Shown one piece after another: positions 59,219-64,000 of a DNA stretch of 64,000 bases. The stretch is taken from assembly GCA_963538065.1 (NCBI GenBank), contig CAUTFL010000003.1, positions 157 to 64,156 on the forward strand, given 5' to 3'. This DNA comes from an uncultured Candidatus Saccharibacteria bacterium. GTDB taxonomy: Bacteria > Patescibacteriota > Saccharimonadia > Saccharimonadales > Saccharimonadaceae. A model generated the notes under the pieces. That model saw nothing but the letters and a program-made list of their open reading frames with translations, made no database searches and was not told the origin of the DNA. Positions within the stretch are counted from its first letter, which is position 1; each line of letters starts with the position of its first letter. Position numbers and translations under genes: made by a program.

Positions 59219-60619
59219 TTAGGTCTTCTGAGTTTTTTGGACTTTTTCGACAAATTGACGAATTTTTCTATGGAAATTTTCAGTACTAAACTTAGTGGCG
59301 GTGGCAGAAATTTCTTGAGGTGAAAGAAAAGAATTTGCGGATTTTGCTTCGAAATTTTTCAAAGTTTGAGCAAGGGAATCGACAGATTGCGCTTCAAAGA
59401 AGAGGCCGTTTTTGCCATCCTGAATGTAATCCATGGCGCCACCTTGCTTCAAAGCAATAACCGGACAGCCAGAAGCCAGAGCCTCGACCGGAGCAATACC
59501 GAAAGGTTCATTAGACGGAAAAACGAAGGCCTTGGCGTATTTAACAAATTCCTTGAGATCAGATTGAGGTAAAACATCGAAGAAGACCACATGTTTCGAT
59601 CCGGCGGCTTGATTAACCAGTGATTCATGAGCTGCACCGTTACCAATGAGAATTAAATTAAGCTTAAGCTTCTTGCAAGCGGCAATAATTAAATCAAGAC
59701 GTTTCCAGTTGACCTGACGAGAAAAATTCAAATAAAAGCCTTCAGCGAGAAAACTTTCTGGAAGTTTTTGTAAAATTTCTGGGAGTTCCCTAGCGGATTT
59801 TCCAGAGATAATTTGACTTTTATTATATTTTATGTTGTTTTCTGCTTTTAGCTTCGTTTGCTTTTTCTTTGAATTATGTTGTGATAATATTTGACAATTT
59901 GATTGAATTATTTCACGATATGGAGCGACGGCTTGAAAGTTTTCCACAGCCACAGGTGGATAAATAATCGTGCTTTCCCTTTCGTAAAATTGTTTGATTT
60001 CCTGCTCGGCAAAATCTGAGATGGTTAGATAATAATCAGGGCGCGCGGCAGCTTCAAGGTCTTTTTTGCGTAGATTTTTTACCATCAGGCGAAAAACTGG
60101 ACGAACCAAAAAATTTAATTTTCCGAAACCTGGGTCCTCGAGGTATTCCCTGTATTTTCCCCAATAATATTGGGTCGGCACATGACAATAACAGATGTGA
60201 GCACCGGGCTTGGTTTTAACAAATTTAGCGTCACAGCCAGAAACCGAGATTACCAAATCATAGGCAGTGAGGTCGAGATGTTTAAAATAGCTCTGACGTA
60301 AGGGAGCGATAAATTTTCGAAGGCAGGCTGGCAGGAGATTCAGCCAACCGGTTTTAACCTCGGCGTCAAGAAACCAATTAATTTGCTTGGGACGATACTG
60401 CGAAGTATAAATAGGGTCGTGTGGATAAATATAGTGTAATTCCCTCAGGACTTGCTCAGCACCACCGACCACGGTGAGCCAATCACAGACTAGAGCGATT
60501 TTTGGCTCGCCGGTTTTCAACTTAGCGGCTTTTGTATTAGTGGTTTTAGATTCAGCCATTTTCGACTTGATGGTTTTCGATCCAGTCATTTTCGACTTGG
60601 CAATTTTAGCTTCAGTCAT
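59219..60619 (-). CDS. Glycosyltransferase family 4
   Basis: DWL..GGAE, EPFGIAPVEALASGCPVI. Confidence 0.93.
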   Translation of the reverse strand: MTEAKIAKSKMTGSKTIKSKMAESKTTNTKAAKLKTGEPKIALVCDWLTVVGGAEQVLRELHYIYPHDPIYTSQYRPKQINWFLDAEVKTGWLNLLPACLRKFIAPLRQSYFKHLDLTAYDLVISVSGCDAKFVKTKPGAHICYCHVPTQYYWGKYREYLEDPGFGKLNFLVRPVFRLMVKNLRKKDLEAAARPDYYLTISDFAEQEIKQFYERESTIIYPPVAVENFQAVAPYREIIQSNCQILSQHNSKKKQTKLKAENNIKYNKSQIISGKSARELPEILQKLPESFLAEGFYLNFSRQVNWKRLDLIIAACKKLKLNLILIGNGAAHESLVNQAAGSKHVVFFDVLPQSDLKEFVKYAKAFVFPSNEPFGIAPVEALASGCPVIALKQGGAMDYIQDGKNGLFFEAQSVDSLAQTLKNFEAKSANSFLSPQEISATATKFSTENFHRKIRQFVEKVQKTQKT

Positions 60620-62065
60620 TTATTTGGCACCTTTTTGAAAAATTACCGCACGGATGGTCTGAAGCATAATCTGTAAATCGAAGAGCACCGACCAGTTTTG
60701 GATGTAATAAAGATCAAGAGAGCGACGTTCATCAAAACTAATATCACGACGACCAGAAACTTGGGCTAGACCAGTGAGACCAGATTTGACCGTAAGAAGG
60801 AGTGAGCGGTCACCGTAATTACGTAGTTCCCCTGGCACAAGTGCACGTGGGCCAACTAGAGAGATATCACCACGAAAAACATTGAATAATTGAGGTAATT
60901 CATCAAGCGAGGTGGCGCGCAAGAATTTACCGATACGCGTGATACGAGGATCGCTGGCTAAGAAATCACCATTTTTGCGATATTGATGCGAGAGCTCAGC
61001 GGCGGAAGGAATCTTCCCTTCTTTCTCCATTTTGGCAAAGGCTTCTTCTGGAGTCATGCCAGAGTAAGCGGTTTTCATACTGCGAAATTTAAAAATCTTG
61101 AATTTACGATTGTATTGTGTGAGACGATATTCACTGTAAATGGTTTTCGATTTCGGATCGGAAATTTTGATACAAAGCCAAATAATTAGCATGGGAATAA
61201 AGGCTAAAATAATACCGATAAAGCTAAAAATAATATCCATAAAGCGCTTAATAATGCGAGCGTTACCCACGAGTGGCGTAACCTTAACCAAAATAGCCGG
61301 CGTACTACCGATGAGCTCAAGCTGGCCCATATGTTGAGAGAGTGCGGCTTCAGATGGAATAAAATAATAGAGGAGATGATGATTAATTGATTGACGATAA
61401 ACATACTCAGTTTGACGTTCATCGGTTTGAAAAATCACGTCAACCGTCTGATCTTTCAAAGCATCCTTCAGAGAAGAATATTGAAAATGACGGAATTCTT
61501 TTGGAATATATTTACTTCCAGCCACTACGCCGACTAGACGGTAACCATCCTCGGGATAGGCCAAGATTTGATTAATTAGGTAAGTAGTATTTTTTGAATT
61601 ACCGACGATAATAGCCCGCTTGATACCGATTTTTTGCAACATAAAACGTTTGCGGAAGAATTTTAAAATTACCCTCATAAAGAGAAGTGAAATAAAGCAA
61701 GTAAAGACCGCATAAACCGCAATTAAACGGACGGGAAAGAGATTTTCTTGAATAAAAAAATCTAAGGTAATAATACCCATGATACCCACCACCGAAGCCA
61801 CAAAGAGACGGTAAAGTTCACCCCACCTGGATTTGGCAAAAATCACATCTTTACGATAAAGCCCCATAATGAAGAGCATGATAATCCAAAGCGGAACCAA
61901 GAAGACAAGCGGCAAGATAAATTCCATAGAAGTGAGCTCAAAATAATACGGGCGAGTGTCGAGCTTAGTGCGAATCATGTAGGCAAAAGCAAAAGAAGCG
62001 ATGATCGCAATAATGTCGCCTAAGATGAGAAATAAACGAAAAATAAAATCGGAATTTTTCTTCAT
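60620..62065 (-). CDS. Priming polyprenyl-phosphate sugar phosphotransferase (WcaJ/CpsE family)
   Basis: KRFMDI, FKFRSM, DPRIT, SLDELPQ, SLVGPR, GLTGLAQ. Confidence 0.94.
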   Translation of the reverse strand: MKKNSDFIFRLFLILGDIIAIIASFAFAYMIRTKLDTRPYYFELTSMEFILPLVFLVPLWIIMLFIMGLYRKDVIFAKSRWGELYRLFVASVVGIMGIITLDFFIQENLFPVRLIAVYAVFTCFISLLFMRVILKFFRKRFMLQKIGIKRAIIVGNSKNTTYLINQILAYPEDGYRLVGVVAGSKYIPKEFRHFQYSSLKDALKDQTVDVIFQTDERQTEYVYRQSINHHLLYYFIPSEAALSQHMGQLELIGSTPAILVKVTPLVGNARIIKRFMDIIFSFIGIILAFIPMLIIWLCIKISDPKSKTIYSEYRLTQYNRKFKIFKFRSMKTAYSGMTPEEAFAKMEKEGKIPSAAELSHQYRKNGDFLASDPRITRIGKFLRATSLDELPQLFNVFRGDISLVGPRALVPGELRNYGDRSLLLTVKSGLTGLAQVSGRRDISFDERRSLDLYYIQNWSVLFDLQIMLQTIRAVIFQKGAK

Positions 62066-62170
62066 TAGTCTTATTTTAACCCAAGAGAAAGCTTTTTTGA
62101 AGAGAGAGAAAAAAACTATGCAGATTAACTGCATAGTTATATTTTCGAGTGAGGTGGGTCTTAAATTTAT

Positions 62171-63994
62171 TTATTCGACAGTAACCGACTTAGCGAGATT
62201 GCGTGGCTGGTCGACGTTATTACCACGATAGACCGCTAGATAGTAGGCAAACATCTGGCTTAAGAGATTGAAAAGAAGTGGGGTAAGTAACTGAAGCTTA
62301 GTGTCAATTTTTACCACACCCTCCACTGGCAGATCAACTTCCGTATCAGAAAAGACAACCACGTGACCACCGCGCGCCAAAACCTCCTGAATACCGGAAA
62401 TAGATTTTTCGAACAAGAAACCAGATTGCAACATCACGACTTCAAAGAAACGATCATCAATCAAAGCGATGGGGCCGTGCTTCAATTCCCCAGTCGGATA
62501 ACCGTTAGCGTCAATGTAGGAAATTTCCTTGAGCTTCAAGGCGCCTTCGAGCGCGATAGGATAATTCACATCGCGACCAAGATAAATCGCGTGTTCGTAA
62601 TTCGTGTAATTCTTGGCGAGTTTAGAAATTTCCTCCTGCTTTTCATGTAAGATACGCTTTATTTCCTCTGGCAGAAGACTAATTTCGTCAACCAAGGCGG
62701 CAACTTGACGAGCGTTCAGACCCTTAGCTTCAGCGATAGTCAGACCGAACATCAGAATAGCAATGACCTGAGAGGTGTAAGCCTTGGTACTGGCGACAGA
62801 AATTTCTGGACCAGCATGAACATAAGTACCGCCGTCAACTTCACGCGCAATAGTCGAGCCAATAGCATTGACGATGCCGATAGTTTTGGTACCCTGAGAT
62901 TTAATTTCACGAAGACAGGCTAAGGTATCAGCGGTTTCACCAGATTGCGAAATAATAAGCGCTACCGAGTGATCTGGGATATACGCATGGCGGTAACGAT
63001 ATTCAGAAGCAATCACCGGCTCAATGGTGACACCAGGCAAAACTTGTTCGATGAGATAAGCGGCAGTATTAGCGGCATAGTAAGCAGTACCACAACCAAC
63101 CAAGATGATATGCTTAATTTCTTTTAATTCTTTGACGGAAAGATTTGGGCCACCAAGATGAACGGTATGTTCCTTCGCATTGATGCGCCCACGCAAAGTT
63201 TCTTTCAAACTGTCTGGTTGCTCCATAATTTCTTTAAGCAAGAAATGATCATAGCCACCTTTTTGAATAGCAGAGAGATCGGTGAGAATTTTTTCAACTT
63301 TCACAGAAACTGGCTGAAGATCGAGAGTTTTAACTTCGACATGATCTTTAGAAATGAGAGCGACTTCACCGTCATTAAGATAAATTGCATTTTTGGTATT
63401 ACCGATAAGCGCGGAAGCATCGGAGGCGATGAGAGTTTCATGTTCACCTACACCAATGACAAGAGGTGAACCAGAGCGAGCTACCACTAGATATTCAGTA
63501 TCATCAACTGACATCACGGCGATGCCATAAGTACCAGAGACGAGTTTGAGCGCCTGAGTTACAGAGTCGAGCAAATCATGTGATTCTTGATAAAAACTAT
63601 CGATGAGAGCAGCCAATACCTCTGTATCAGTCTCGGACTTAAATTGATATTTTTCAGAGAGCTCTTTTTTCAAGGCTTTATAATTTTCGATAATACCGTT
63701 ATGAACCAAGAAAATGCTACCGACATGATGCGGGTGAGCATTGGTCTCAGATGGATTACCGTGAGTAGCCCAACGAGTATGCCCGATACCAATATGATCA
63801 GACGTATAATGATCTTTAATTTTAGCTTCTAGATTAACGATCTTACCAACCGCACGTAATAACGTAGGTTTTTGATTTTGATCTAAAGTTGCCACACCGG
63901 CAGAATCATAACCACGATATTCTAGGCGCTTAAGACCTGAAAGTAAGAATTCTTGAGCGTTATTTTTTCCAACATATCCGACAATTCCACACAT
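62171..63994 (-). CDS. glmS: Glutamine-fructose-6-phosphate aminotransferase
   Basis: MCGIVG, LEYRGYDSAG, GHTRWATHG, SQSGETAD, PRNLAKSVTVE. Confidence 0.99.
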   Translation of the reverse strand: MCGIVGYVGKNNAQEFLLSGLKRLEYRGYDSAGVATLDQNQKPTLLRAVGKIVNLEAKIKDHYTSDHIGIGHTRWATHGNPSETNAHPHHVGSIFLVHNGIIENYKALKKELSEKYQFKSETDTEVLAALIDSFYQESHDLLDSVTQALKLVSGTYGIAVMSVDDTEYLVVARSGSPLVIGVGEHETLIASDASALIGNTKNAIYLNDGEVALISKDHVEVKTLDLQPVSVKVEKILTDLSAIQKGGYDHFLLKEIMEQPDSLKETLRGRINAKEHTVHLGGPNLSVKELKEIKHIILVGCGTAYYAANTAAYLIEQVLPGVTIEPVIASEYRYRHAYIPDHSVALIISQSGETADTLACLREIKSQGTKTIGIVNAIGSTIAREVDGGTYVHAGPEISVASTKAYTSQVIAILMFGLTIAEAKGLNARQVAALVDEISLLPEEIKRILHEKQEEISKLAKNYTNYEHAIYLGRDVNYPIALEGALKLKEISYIDANGYPTGELKHGPIALIDDRFFEVVMLQSGFLFEKSISGIQEVLARGGHVVVFSDTEVDLPVEGVVKIDTKLQLLTPLLFNLLSQMFAYYLAVYRGNNVDQPRNLAKSVTVE

Positions 63995-64000
63995 ATAACC

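Overview
A 64-kb chromosomal segment from a small-genome bacterium using genetic code 11, most likely Candidatus Saccharibacteria (TM7/CPR). This is inferred from the type IV pilin clusters, BspA-like surface protein, short intergenic spacers and overall protein style. Housekeeping genes (ndk, xer recombinase, pilD, ung, murJ, ftsH, dnaK with CIRCE, murC, glmM, pta, glmS, polysaccharide genes) and four tRNAs alternate with AT-rich accessory patches. The most striking unexplained signal is at 23.5-25.6 kb. There, an ASCH / ASCH-GNAT gene pair is bracketed by a 32-bp inverted repeat containing a palindromic operator and consensus sigma70 promoters. One of these promoters points into a ~420-nt ORF-free, heavily base-paired, terminator-bounded transcript, a candidate large structured ncRNA. 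Other points of note are a tRNA-Pro-linked island (GIY-YIG nuclease, ADP-ribosylglycohydrolase operon, radical SAM plus CYTH), a GC-rich repeat element at 9.83-10.0 kb, apparently pervasive leaderless transcription, a boxA-like motif fused to the RBS of accessory genes, and an unnamed PDG-x-x-HGH domain shared by two proteins. All calls were made by eye from motifs; no database searches were run.
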